From Methylococcaceae bacterium (lineage in GTDB: Bacteria > Pseudomonadota > Gammaproteobacteria > Methylococcales > Methylomonadaceae), in assembly GCA_030618325.1 (NCBI GenBank), contig JAUXDP010000001.1, positions 1 through 37,938 on the forward strand: 37,938 nucleotides of DNA, read 5' to 3'. Positions within the stretch are counted from its first letter, which is position 1, and each line of letters opens with the position of its first letter. The notes under the pieces were generated by a model, which was given only the letters and a program-made list of their open reading frames with translations, was not told the origin of the DNA and did no database searches. The position numbers were made by a program, and so were the translations under genes. Shown in pieces: positions 27,569 to 36,982 of this stretch.

Positions 27569-28774
27569 ATGCGCGCATCAGACACACTCTCACAAGCTTT
27601 CGGAGCAATTCGGTCTCAACCTTTACGCGCAACCTTAATCATATTAGCAATGAGCATAGGCATTGCTTCAGTCACCTTATTAACGGCTTTAGGAGAAAGC
27701 GCTCGTAATTATATTCTGTATGAGTTTCAATCTCTGGGCACACATCTTATTATCGTTCTTCCGGGAAGGACGGAAACAACAGGAGGGCAGCCGCCTTTAT
27801 TTGGTGAAACACCCAGGGATCTAACGCTGAGTGATGCGAATGCTTTACTGCAAAGCCGTAATATCGCAGCTATTGCACCGATCAACATTGGCTCGGCCCC
27901 GGTTTCTGCTCGCGGTCTGGAGCGAGAAACCAATATTTTAGGCTCAACCTCCGCACTAAGACGTGTTCGACATCTGACCATGGCTGAAGGTCGTTTTTTG
28001 CCAGAAATGGAAAGCGATAAGGCCTTGCCGGTTTGTGTGCTTGGCCAAACCATCAAAAAAGAAATTTTTACAGGACAAAAAGCACTGGGTCAGTGGCTAA
28101 GAATCAATGATCGCCGATTTCGAGTTATCGGCGTATTGGCATCCGAGGGGCAATCCATTGGTGTCGGTTTTGATGAAATTGTTATTGTTCCAGTCGCTTC
28201 AGCACAAACGTTATTTAATACAGAATCATTATTCAGAATTCTCATCGAAGCCAAGTCAAAACCTGCCATGTATAAAGCAGTCACTGATATTAACAAAATC
28301 ATCAAGGCCAGACACGAAGGTGAGCAGGACATCACCATTATCACCCAGGACAGCATAGTCAGTTCTTTTGACGAAATTTTAACTGCTTTAACACTAACCA
28401 TTACCAGTATTGCCGGTATTAGTCTTGCAGTAGCCGGGGTTTTGGTGATGAATGTAATGCTAGTCAGCGTCGCTCAACGTACCTCAGAAATCGGTCTGCT
28501 TAACGCCCTGGGTGCATCAAAAGCGCAGCTAATCTCTTTATTTTTGGCTGAAGCGGCCATGCTTTGCCTTGCCGGAGCAATCCTTGGTCTCTTGTTGGGA
28601 CAAGCCAGTGTTATGGTTTTACAAGCACTATACCCATCATTCTCTATATCTATTCCCCCTTGGGCACTTCTAGCCGCGCTTGTTGTTTCATTAACAACCG
28701 GATTACTATTTGGCGTACTGCCCGCTAGAAAGGCAGCAAAGCTTGATCCTGTAGAGGCACTGTCCAAACGGTAA
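27569..28774 (+). CDS. ABC transporter permease, FtsX/MacB-type
   Basis: Start taken at the ATG at 27569, 1 nt after the ATPase stop (MRASDTLSQAFGAIRSQPLRATL...). One TM, a large periplasmic domain, then three C-terminal TMs (FtsX fold). The upstream 19-codon extension overlaps the ATPase gene and was discarded. Confidence 0.85.
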   Translation: MRASDTLSQAFGAIRSQPLRATLIILAMSIGIASVTLLTALGESARNYILYEFQSLGTHLIIVLPGRTETTGGQPPLFGETPRDLTLSDANALLQSRNIAAIAPINIGSAPVSARGLERETNILGSTSALRRVRHLTMAEGRFLPEMESDKALPVCVLGQTIKKEIFTGQKALGQWLRINDRRFRVIGVLASEGQSIGVGFDEIVIVPVASAQTLFNTESLFRILIEAKSKPAMYKAVTDINKIIKARHEGEQDITIITQDSIVSSFDEILTALTLTITSIAGISLAVAGVLVMNVMLVSVAQRTSEIGLLNALGASKAQLISLFLAEAAMLCLAGAILGLLLGQASVMVLQALYPSFSISIPPWALLAALVVSLTTGLLFGVLPARKAAKLDPVEALSKR

Positions 28775-28858
28775 CCCAAAGATAAAAAAACTATTCTTCA
28801 TTAACAAGCAATTTAGGTAAAATACCCTGTTAACAAATTATTTAGCAAAATACTAGCT

Positions 28859-29473
28859 GTGGAACCAGAACTAAAGAACATAGTCCAGACGCGAATTCCG
28901 ACCCGGCATGGTGAATTTACGTTGCATTATTTCACCAATAATATTGACAAGAAAGAACATGTCGCTTTGGTTCATGGAGAAGTTGCAAACAAAAAAAATG
29001 TTCCTGTGCGAATACACTCTGAATGTTTTACCGGTGATGTATTAGGTTCCAGGCGCTGTGATTGCGGTGAACAATTGGATTTATCCTTGCAACTTATCAG
29101 TGATAATGGTCTGGGAGTGCTAATTTATTTACGCCAGGAAGGCAGGGGAATCGGCTTGTTGAAAAAATTGCAAGCGTATAATTTACAGGACCAAGGTTTG
29201 GATACCGTTGATGCTAATATTCATTTGGGTCATTTAGCAGATGAACGAGAATATACAATAGCCGCATTAATTTTGCAAAAATTACAGATCAAATCAGTTG
29301 ATTTAATTACTAATAATCCCAAGAAAATTAATGAGCTTAAAAAACTGGGAATCACTGTAGAAAAACGGATTTCAATCGAAACTGATTATCATCATGACAA
29401 TCTGGAATATCTAAAAACCAAAGTAAAAAAAATGAATCATCTGCTCTCAGTGCCCAAGGATGATGAGGACTAA
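28859..29473 (+). CDS. ribA: GTP cyclohydrolase II
   Basis: 204 aa with a GTG start. RIHSECFTGDVLGSRRCDCGEQL and YLRQEGRGIGL motifs. Confidence 0.9.
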   Translation: MEPELKNIVQTRIPTRHGEFTLHYFTNNIDKKEHVALVHGEVANKKNVPVRIHSECFTGDVLGSRRCDCGEQLDLSLQLISDNGLGVLIYLRQEGRGIGLLKKLQAYNLQDQGLDTVDANIHLGHLADEREYTIAALILQKLQIKSVDLITNNPKKINELKKLGITVEKRISIETDYHHDNLEYLKTKVKKMNHLLSVPKDDED

Positions 29474-30689
29474 ATCGAATTTATTTCGATATGTGGTATT
29501 TCAAGTATTCTTACTAATATTCTCTGTTGCTCACGCAAAACAACAACTAAAACAAAACTTATTCCAAAACAAATTTTTCACCCTGTCACAAAATTCCGAA
29601 CTACTTTGTGCGACCAGCTCAGAAAATTATCTTTCAAATACTGAACTGAATACCGTTGTTTCCTATTACGAACAAAGTCACCCTGGATTGCGCCATGATG
29701 CCGTTCAATTACTTACCAATCATATTTCTCCGAAGCATATCGAATTTTTGGTAGAGGCTGAACATTCCTGTCTGCAAGCAGAATCTGTAGATTTCTGTGT
29801 TCTCCAGAAATACTGGCAAAATCCAGAAGCGGCGTTACGGGTTTTAGCGTTATTTTATGATACCAAAACCATCATAAAACATAATGATGACTACTATTTC
29901 CCGCGTTTTACCGAAGATCATATCCGTTCTTTTGAAAAGTCAATTCGCAAAATACCGGCCTTTATGCGTACTCGTATTACCAAAGCCAAACCCATCCGCA
30001 ATCTCAAGGAGTTTATAAAGGATCTTCCGCCCAGCAAACAGGAATTAATCATGGAGGCTTTTCCGAAAGACTCAGAAACCCGAGTCTGGCTGGATGATAC
30101 TCACCCACTAAGCCTTTTACCTGGCACAGGTTTTATGGGCCAGGTTGTTGCGCAAGTATTTAATGGTCGAAATTCAGTTATTTTTACTATTAAAAGTTTC
30201 GATAAAGCCAAAGATGGCGAAATTTATCGTGATATTGACTTAAAGTATCTGGTCGATTTTCGCTTAGCATTGATTGTTCACGAGCTCGCCCATGTCATCG
30301 ACAATTTTTATTTCTGGAATGGCAAGCGAGACCTGTATTTCTTTTACCGTTACCGAAAAATTTCAACCGACCGCCAAATGCGAGAAAACATTGCTGCGGC
30401 TAAATTAGCCCTCTGGCCTTCAAAATGGTTCGAAGCTTTTGAATTCTTGTGGGAAGTAAATGACGGTCGATATAACGGCAGGGCGGTGGAAAAATTTGCC
30501 GAACTGTTTGCCCAATACATTCTGATTCCTGAGCAATTAAAAAAAGCTTCACCGACTGGCTATATTTGGCTAAGGGATCATATTTTTCAAGGTATCGAAT
30601 ATACCGGTTATAGTTATTGCAATCAGGAAATTACCCGTCGCTTAACTTGGTGGGAAGATGCTGTTGCCAAGCCGCTGGGATATTTTTAG
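29460..30689 (+). CDS. Hypothetical secreted protein with an HExxH zinc-metallopeptidase-like motif
   Basis: 409 aa. Signal peptide MMRTKSNLFRYVVFQVFLLIFSVAHA. LIVHELAHVIDN is followed about 70 aa later by EKFAELFAQY, a possible third-ligand Glu. Overlaps ribA by 14 nt. No family recognised. Confidence 0.55.
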   Translation: MMRTKSNLFRYVVFQVFLLIFSVAHAKQQLKQNLFQNKFFTLSQNSELLCATSSENYLSNTELNTVVSYYEQSHPGLRHDAVQLLTNHISPKHIEFLVEAEHSCLQAESVDFCVLQKYWQNPEAALRVLALFYDTKTIIKHNDDYYFPRFTEDHIRSFEKSIRKIPAFMRTRITKAKPIRNLKEFIKDLPPSKQELIMEAFPKDSETRVWLDDTHPLSLLPGTGFMGQVVAQVFNGRNSVIFTIKSFDKAKDGEIYRDIDLKYLVDFRLALIVHELAHVIDNFYFWNGKRDLYFFYRYRKISTDRQMRENIAAAKLALWPSKWFEAFEFLWEVNDGRYNGRAVEKFAELFAQYILIPEQLKKASPTGYIWLRDHIFQGIEYTGYSYCNQEITRRLTWWEDAVAKPLGYF

Positions 30690-31876
30690 TTTAACTTTCC
30701 CGCCCTCTGTAGTACGGTCTGAACCAGACTTACCCAATATGCCGCACCTATTGGAAGAATTTCATCATTGAAATCGTAATGGGGATTGTGCAATAAACAT
30801 CCTCCAGTTGAAGGCCCATTGCCAATCACGATATAGCACCCCGGCTTCTCCTGTAGCATATAGGCAAAATCTTCTGATCCCATTGAAGGTACTGGTGCCA
30901 AATCAAGACATGCCTCCCCTACGACATCCGTTGCTGCTTTAATCGCTATTTGGGTTTCTTTTTCATGATTAAAAGTTACCGGATACCCTGGGTTTTCGGG
31001 ATTGAAGATAATTTTAGCTGTCATCTCAAACCCTGAACAGATGGAAAGGCATAATTGCTCTATTCGCTGTTTGATTAATTCCTGAACTTCTGATTTGAAA
31101 CAGCGATATGTTCCTCTTAAAATTACCGTTTCCGGTATCGCATTCCAGGTTTCCCCTGCATGAATTTGAGTTAAACTCAGTACCGCTGAATCATCAGGAT
31201 TAACATTTCGGCTGACAATGGTCTGCAACGCTTGAATCAATTGCCCAGCTACCATTATAGGATCCCGCCCTAAATGCGGCATCGCTGCGTGACAGGCCTG
31301 TCCGGTAATTTGAATTTCAAAACAGTCAAAAGCAGCCATCATAGGTCCCTCTTTTACCGCAAAATGCCCTTGTGGAATATCTGGAAAATTATGCATCCCA
31401 AAAACACAATCTGCCGGAAATAGATCGAATAGCCCCTCATCTATCATACGCCGTGCACCAGCCCTGCCTTCTTCTGCGGGTTGGAAAATGAAATAAACCG
31501 TGCCATCAAAACTATTGTTTTCGGCTAGATATTTAGCAGCGCCTAACAACATTGCGGAATGTCCATCATGGCCGCAAGCATGCATTTTTCCATCATGACA
31601 GGAGCGGTATGCAAAATCATTCTGCTCTTGTATAAATAAAGCATCCATATCTGCGCGTAGGGCAATTTTTCTACTGCTATTAGCAACTGAAAGAGACGCA
31701 ACCACTCCTGTTTCAGCTAATCCCCGATGTACGGTTAATCCAAATGTTTGCAATTGTTCAGCAATATAGTCGGAGGTTTTTGTTTCTTCGAAAGCCGTTT
31801 CTGGGAACTGATGTAAATGTCGCCGCCATTGGCGCATTTGTTCATGCAATGGCTTCAGATCAGATAATAAATCCAT
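30686..31876 (-). CDS. M20D-family amidohydrolase (hippurate hydrolase / N-acyl-amino-acid amidohydrolase-like)
   Basis: WRRHLHQFPE, MHACGHDGH and FQPAEEG motifs. The ATG at 31876 is preferred over the GTG at 31894, but the start is uncertain. The 3' end overlaps the HExxH gene by 4 bp. Confidence 0.85.
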   Translation of the reverse strand: MDLLSDLKPLHEQMRQWRRHLHQFPETAFEETKTSDYIAEQLQTFGLTVHRGLAETGVVASLSVANSSRKIALRADMDALFIQEQNDFAYRSCHDGKMHACGHDGHSAMLLGAAKYLAENNSFDGTVYFIFQPAEEGRAGARRMIDEGLFDLFPADCVFGMHNFPDIPQGHFAVKEGPMMAAFDCFEIQITGQACHAAMPHLGRDPIMVAGQLIQALQTIVSRNVNPDDSAVLSLTQIHAGETWNAIPETVILRGTYRCFKSEVQELIKQRIEQLCLSICSGFEMTAKIIFNPENPGYPVTFNHEKETQIAIKAATDVVGEACLDLAPVPSMGSEDFAYMLQEKPGCYIVIGNGPSTGGCLLHNPHYDFNDEILPIGAAYWVSLVQTVLQRAGKLN

Positions 31877-31956
31877 AGATAAAAATATAATCACTTTAAA
31901 TACAGTCGATTATAAACATTTTAAAAGAATAGAAGCAAAAAAATGAAAAATAACTT

Positions 31957-31971
31957 GTTCTCTATTTGTTC
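31957..31971. promoter_or_regulatory. Candidate LexA operator: direct repeat GTTC-N7-GTTC in the lexA promoter
   Basis: cTTGTTCTctatTTGTTCTt lies just upstream of a perfect TATAAT (31976-31981). A third TGTTCT is inverted at 32000-32005. No CTGT-N8-ACAG is present in this intergenic region. Confidence 0.35.
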
Positions 31972-32007
31972 TTAATATAATATTACTGAAAACGAATGGA
32001 GAACAGG

Positions 32008-32646
32008 ATGCCGAAAAACTTTACTTTAACTCGCAAGCAACAAGAGCTTTTTGAGTTTTTACTGAAAAGTCAGGATTTTTTTGATCAGCCACCAACCTTG
32101 GATGAAATTTGTTTGGCTATAAACTTAAAGTCCCGCGGCTCACTACATAAACATATTCAGGCTTTGATTAATGCCGGACTTATCGAAGCTCCGAACCGAA
32201 AACAACGGGGAATTCGACTCACCGAACAAGCAAAACAAGAACACCAGTTCGAACCAGAAGATAACAGTAGCTTACCCTTTATAGGTGCAATTGCAGCGGG
32301 TAAACCGATTGAGGCTATTGAAGACAAACACTATATGAACGTACCGGAGCAGCTTAAAACAGATAAGTCCTGTTACATACTTCAGGTAAAAGGCGATTCC
32401 ATGATTGAAGATGGTATTTTTGATGGTGACTGGGTGGTTATTGAGCAACGAAGCACTGCCAGAAATGGCGAAATTGTTGTGGCCTTAATCGAAAAATCAG
32501 AAGCCACCTTGAAATACATTGAGCAATACCCTCATGAAACCATTTTGATTCCGGCAAATAAAGATATGAAACCCATGCATTTCAAACCTAATCAGGTAGA
32601 AATACAAGGCATTTTAGTAGGTCAAATGCGTAGTTATATACACTAA
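32008..32646 (+). CDS. lexA: LexA repressor
   Basis: Start taken at the ATG at 32008, with GGAGA 5 nt upstream; the alternative is the ATG at 31996. Winged-helix N-terminal domain (LTRKQQELFEFL...RGIRL), Ala-Gly cleavage site (AIAAGKP), and S24 peptidase Ser/Lys (KGDSM ... TLKY). Confidence 0.9.
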   Translation: MPKNFTLTRKQQELFEFLLKSQDFFDQPPTLDEICLAINLKSRGSLHKHIQALINAGLIEAPNRKQRGIRLTEQAKQEHQFEPEDNSSLPFIGAIAAGKPIEAIEDKHYMNVPEQLKTDKSCYILQVKGDSMIEDGIFDGDWVVIEQRSTARNGEIVVALIEKSEATLKYIEQYPHETILIPANKDMKPMHFKPNQVEIQGILVGQMRSYIH

Positions 32647-32665
32647 AACAAGAGAGGAAAATACT

Positions 32666-32818
32666 ATGATGAACCGTATTCACATGCAAGATCAGATACA
32701 CAATAGAATTGAAGATATAACAAACAACCAGCATTCCGTAAACAGGGATGAGTTGTTACAAAATATCGCAACATTGGCTATTGTAAGTACATTTTTATTA
32801 CTAGGCCTAAGTTGGTAG
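32666..32818 (+). CDS. Small ORF (50 aa) with a C-terminal TM helix, apparently co-transcribed with lexA
   Basis: Not in the supplied track because it is under 60 aa. AGAGAGGA lies 7 nt upstream of the ATG, and the gap after the lexA stop is 19 nt. Translation: MMNRIHMQDQIHNRIEDITNNQHSVNRDELLQNIATLAIVSTFLLLGLSW. A hairpin follows. Confidence 0.4.
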   Translation: MMNRIHMQDQIHNRIEDITNNQHSVNRDELLQNIATLAIVSTFLLLGLSW

Positions 32819-32846
32819 TCAGTTGTGGAAAAAATTATCTCCCCAT

Positions 32847-32877
32847 AACCTTCTCTCTTTAAAATGGAGAGAAGGTT
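32847..32877. terminator. Hairpin between the lexA/small-ORF unit and the convergent lipoprotein gene
   Basis: aaccttctctc / gagagaaggtt: an 11-bp perfect stem with a 9-nt loop. The T tracts are weak on both sides. Confidence 0.4.
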
Positions 32878-32898
32878 GAGACATTTTGGAAGTGTTAC

Positions 32899-33405
32899 TT
32901 AATTTTTTTTAAAAATCACTGGCCCATCAGGCTGTTCGGCTTCTTGCAAACAATGATAAGCAGCAGTATCAAAACGAATCTGTAATGATCGAGTATGATT
33001 ATCATCCCTTAAATACTCTTCTGCTTCGTCATCAGTTAAGTGATTAGACATATAGTTCGCAATGCAGTCACAAGTTTTTTCAAAACGCTTCCTGTCATTC
33101 TCTTTATTAACAGAGTTTCTTATTTCTCTGGCTACACAATCTTCAGAAAATTCTTTTTTGAATTTTCCTTTTTCGCTCCAGGTAGCCTTATCAAGAGGTT
33201 GTGACATTTCCTTGTAATATTGCTTGTCTGCTACTTTTCCTGGCGCCATTTTATAATTATCAACTGATTTTGAAGTATCAGATCTTGGGCTGTTAGGTAC
33301 CACAACCACTTCTTCATTATCATTAGAGCAAGCAGAAATAAATATGACCGTCAGCAAAGACAATACAAATAAAAAGTGATTTGATCTATTTTTGAAATTC
33401 TCCAT
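32899..33405 (-). CDS. Hypothetical lipoprotein
   Basis: 168 aa. Signal peptide with lipobox FISAC. The mature part is charged and has 4 further Cys. No family recognised. Confidence 0.6.
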   Translation of the reverse strand: MENFKNRSNHFLFVLSLLTVIFISACSNDNEEVVVVPNSPRSDTSKSVDNYKMAPGKVADKQYYKEMSQPLDKATWSEKGKFKKEFSEDCVAREIRNSVNKENDRKRFEKTCDCIANYMSNHLTDDEAEEYLRDDNHTRSLQIRFDTAAYHCLQEAEQPDGPVIFKKN

Positions 33406-33635
33406 CTATTTATACCTTGTAAATTAAATATATATTTTCAATCTTTGGACACGATTATTACACAATCTGATAATAAATTGATACGCCCGAATAAAATAAC
33501 CCTAGAAAAACCAGTCGATCGGGGAAGAAATTATCCCACAAATAAAAGATAAGCCTAGATGCTAACAATTTAAATATGAAGAGTATAATGCCCAGACAAT
33601 TAATCCTTTTTTTATCTTAAAGAACCAAACGTATT

Positions 33636-34922
33636 ATGACGGAAGCAAGCTTATTATTTTCTGAAGCACAAAAAATTATTCCTGGCGGTGTGAATTCTCC
33701 AGTCCGTGCATTTAAAGGTGTAGGTGGTACGCCTGTATTTATCGATCATGCATCAGGCCCATACATTTTTGATAGTGAGGGTAAACAATACATTGATTAC
33801 GTAGGTTCCTGGGGCCCTATGATATTAGGCCACGCACATCCTGAAGTCATCGCATCTGTAGTGCTAGCAGCTGAAAAAGGTTTGAGTTTTGGTGCTCCCA
33901 CTGAAATTGAAACACTAATGGCGACAAAAATATGCGAATTGATGCCATCCATAGAACAAGTCAGGATGGTAAGCTCCGGTACAGAAGCAACCATGAGTGC
34001 TCTTCGACTGGCCAGGGGCTACACCGGTAGAGATAAAATTGTCAAATTTGAAGGTTGTTACCACGGTCATTCTGATTCATTACTGGTTAAAGCCGGGTCT
34101 GGAGCATTAACTTTAGGTATACCCAGTTCCCCTGGCGTACCCTCCTCTTTGGCTGAAGACACCATCACCTTACCCTATAACGATAGCGAAGCTGTAAAAC
34201 AGGCGTTTACTGAAATCGGCGAACAAATAGCCTGCATTATTGTTGAGCCCGTAGCGGGTAATATGAACTGCATTCCTCCAGAGGCAGGCTTTCTGAAAAC
34301 ACTGCGTCAGGTTTGTGATGAATATGACTGTGTATTGATTTTTGATGAAGTTATGACTGGTTTTCGTGTTGATTTACATGGCGCGCAGGGTTTGTATCAA
34401 GTAAAACCTGACTTAACCACTTTGGGCAAGATTATTGGTGGAGGCATGCCTGTTGGCGCTTTCGGTGGTAACCATATAATCATGGAACATCTAGCGCCTG
34501 TTGGTCCAGTTTATCAGGCAGGCACACTATCTGGAAACCCAGTAGCCATGGCAGCAGGCTTAAAGACTCTTGAGCTTGTCAGTCAACCTGGCTTTTATCA
34601 GTCTTTAACCGAAAAAACTACCACCCTAGTATCTGGCATCAAAGCACGTGCCGAACAGCAAGGCATACTGATGGCCGTTAACGTGGTTGGTGGTATGTTT
34701 GGTTTATTTTTCAGTAATGAAAAAAAGATCAGCCGCTTTCAACAAGTAATGCAATGTGATCAAGAATTCTTTAAACGCTTCTTTCACGCCATGTTGGAGC
34801 AAGGTATTTATTTAGCACCCTCGGCATTTGAAGCTGGCTTTGTTTCTGCCGCACATACCGAGCAAGATATACAACAGACGCTAGATGCTACTGAAACTGT
34901 TTTTAAAAAACTGACTGCTTAA
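33636..34922 (+). CDS. hemL: Glutamate-1-semialdehyde 2,1-aminomutase
   Basis: 428 aa. [21 protein letters not shown], and the PLP lysine context TLGKIIGGG. Confidence 0.95.
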   Translation: MTEASLLFSEAQKIIPGGVNSPVRAFKGVGGTPVFIDHASGPYIFDSEGKQYIDYVGSWGPMILGHAHPEVIASVVLAAEKGLSFGAPTEIETLMATKICELMPSIEQVRMVSSGTEATMSALRLARGYTGRDKIVKFEGCYHGHSDSLLVKAGSGALTLGIPSSPGVPSSLAEDTITLPYNDSEAVKQAFTEIGEQIACIIVEPVAGNMNCIPPEAGFLKTLRQVCDEYDCVLIFDEVMTGFRVDLHGAQGLYQVKPDLTTLGKIIGGGMPVGAFGGNHIIMEHLAPVGPVYQAGTLSGNPVAMAAGLKTLELVSQPGFYQSLTEKTTTLVSGIKARAEQQGILMAVNVVGGMFGLFFSNEKKISRFQQVMQCDQEFFKRFFHAMLEQGIYLAPSAFEAGFVSAAHTEQDIQQTLDATETVFKKLTA

Positions 34923-34935
34923 AAACTGCTTCCGA

Positions 34936-36276
34936 ATGTATCAGATAACTTTTTTAGAGGAACTGCATCCAGTATTATTGATCCTGGCTGGCTTTGTATT
35001 TGGTATGTTGTTTATATGGCTTATAAATCGTAAAGACAAAGTTAAAATTCATAAGCTCATTACACAATTGGCTGTCGCAGATGAAAAATTATCTCCACTA
35101 CATCGCCAGAAGGATGAGCTACAACAATTCAGGACACAATTATTAACAGCAAAAACCGAAAATGCCCAATTACAGGCTCGCATGGAAGAGCAGGCAAAAA
35201 ATGCTGCAGAAAAATTAAGTCTATTACAAGATGCCGAAACTAAACTAAAAACCCAGTTTGAAAACCTGGCTAACAAAATTTTTGCAGAACGCAGTCAACA
35301 ATTTAAAGACCAAAACAAAAATAGCCTGACCGAGATAGTCAACCCCCTGAAAGAGCAATTAAATGAGTTTAAAAAACGCATAGAAACTGTCTACGACAAC
35401 GAAAACCGGGATCGTATTTCTTTACGTGAGGAAATTGTCTCTCTTCGGCGGGATACCAGCAATATGAACAAGGAAGCGCTTAATCTGACCCGAGCTTTAA
35501 AAGGCGATAAAAAAATCCAGGGAAATTGGGGTGAAATGATTCTGGAAAAAGTACTGGAACAATCCGGTCTGCGTAAAGGCACTGAATATGAATCTCAAGG
35601 TGCTTTTCGTGATGAGGATAACAAACTATTCAAACCTGACGTTATCGTTCGCCTACCCGAAAATAAGGACGTAGTAATCGATTCCAAAGTGTCATTGTTG
35701 GCATACGAGCATTACAGCTCTACAGATGATGAAGCTGAAAGAGGAATCGCCCTGAAACAGCATATTGAAGCGGTACGGAATCATATAAAAACTTTAAGTA
35801 ATAAAGACTATAGCAGCCTCAAAGGGCTACGTTCCCTGGATTTTGTTATATTATTTATGCCTATTGAAGCAGCTTTTGTTGAGGCATTCCAGGCCGATGA
35901 AAAATTATTTAGTGATGCATTTGAACAAAAAATTATTGTCGTCACCCCGACGACATTACTGGCAACACTACGAACGATTGAAAATATTTGGCGTTACGAG
36001 CGGCAAAATGAAAATTCCCGCATCATTGCCGAAAAAGCAGGGACTATTTACGATAAAGTTCGCGGTCTGGTTGAAGACCTTGAAAAACTTGGAAATCAGC
36101 TCAGTACACTGCACAAGACCTATGATGGCGTCATGAACAAATTAACGCTGGGACATGGCAACCTAATTCGTCAAACTAACAGCTTTTTGGAATTGGGGGT
36201 AAAAGTGAAAAAAACCTTACCCAAAAGTATTACTGAAAAAGCCGGATTGGAAAATGAAGAAAGCCCAGAAAAATAG
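34936..36276 (+). CDS. rmuC: DNA recombination protein RmuC
   Basis: 446 aa. N-terminal TM, a long coiled coil, and the RmuC nuclease-like core (GNWGE, PDVIVRLPENKDVVIDSKVSL, FMPIE). Confidence 0.9.
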   Translation: MYQITFLEELHPVLLILAGFVFGMLFIWLINRKDKVKIHKLITQLAVADEKLSPLHRQKDELQQFRTQLLTAKTENAQLQARMEEQAKNAAEKLSLLQDAETKLKTQFENLANKIFAERSQQFKDQNKNSLTEIVNPLKEQLNEFKKRIETVYDNENRDRISLREEIVSLRRDTSNMNKEALNLTRALKGDKKIQGNWGEMILEKVLEQSGLRKGTEYESQGAFRDEDNKLFKPDVIVRLPENKDVVIDSKVSLLAYEHYSSTDDEAERGIALKQHIEAVRNHIKTLSNKDYSSLKGLRSLDFVILFMPIEAAFVEAFQADEKLFSDAFEQKIIVVTPTTLLATLRTIENIWRYERQNENSRIIAEKAGTIYDKVRGLVEDLEKLGNQLSTLHKTYDGVMNKLTLGHGNLIRQTNSFLELGVKVKKTLPKSITEKAGLENEESPEK

Positions 36277-36309
36277 AAGCATGAAGTTTATCAGCAAGTA
36301 AGCTTTTAT

Positions 36310-36801
36310 TTAAGATTTACCACAACAACGTTTAAATTTTTTACCACTACCACATGAGCAAGGCGCATTGAGTGCCTGACTGGGTTTTTGAGAGCTGTCA
36401 GCAATGGACTTGACCACTCCATCCAGATAATACCATTTACCTTGATTCTTTTTAAAACGACTCACTTCTTTCAAGATGTGCTGTTTCCCATCTTGTAAAT
36501 AATAAGCCTTAAATTCAACTATTCCCTTACTATCTTTGGCCCCTCCTTTTTTTGTTGTAATAATCTCCAACCGTTGCCATTCGGCCTGATCTTTTGAAAA
36601 ATCTATAGTTTTCGGACATTTTGTTGCATCCCATGTTTTCATTAAGTAATCTGAATCATGTAGAACATAGGCTGAATAGCGCGAACGCATCAATATTTCT
36701 GCAGTGGGTGCAGATTTTTCTCCTGAGATGTAGATATTGCAGCATTCCTCATAGGGTGATTCTGACCCACACCAGCATGAGGTTTGTTGGTTCTGTTCCA
36801 T
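36310..36801 (-). CDS. ychJ: YchJ-family protein (UPF0225) with SEC-C metal-binding motifs at both ends
   Basis: 163 aa. N-terminal CWCGSESPYEECC and C-terminal CSCGSGKKFKRCCG. Confidence 0.85.
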   Translation of the reverse strand: MEQNQQTSCWCGSESPYEECCNIYISGEKSAPTAEILMRSRYSAYVLHDSDYLMKTWDATKCPKTIDFSKDQAEWQRLEIITTKKGGAKDSKGIVEFKAYYLQDGKQHILKEVSRFKKNQGKWYYLDGVVKSIADSSQKPSQALNAPCSCGSGKKFKRCCGKS

Positions 36802-36982
36802 TATTTTCTAAAAAAAATAAAAAAGACGGCTTGAGGGATCGTCATTATTGTAAAAATGTCGAATAGGTAACAAATATGAAAGTAAAGATATTCAGGCTTA
36901 AAATTTAATCTAGGATTATATATGTACTTTTCACTTAAATTTTTAGTTTTCTAACGAGTTATTGTTACCGGAAGGGTAAAAT

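Noticed and set aside
33501-33540. cctagaaaaaccagtcgatcggggaagaaattatccc resembles the left terminus of the MITE family (cctagaaaaatcagttgg...aattat).
   Set aside because: Only about the first 18 nt align convincingly, and there is no matching right end or core. It could be a decayed half-copy or chance similarity in AT-rich DNA.
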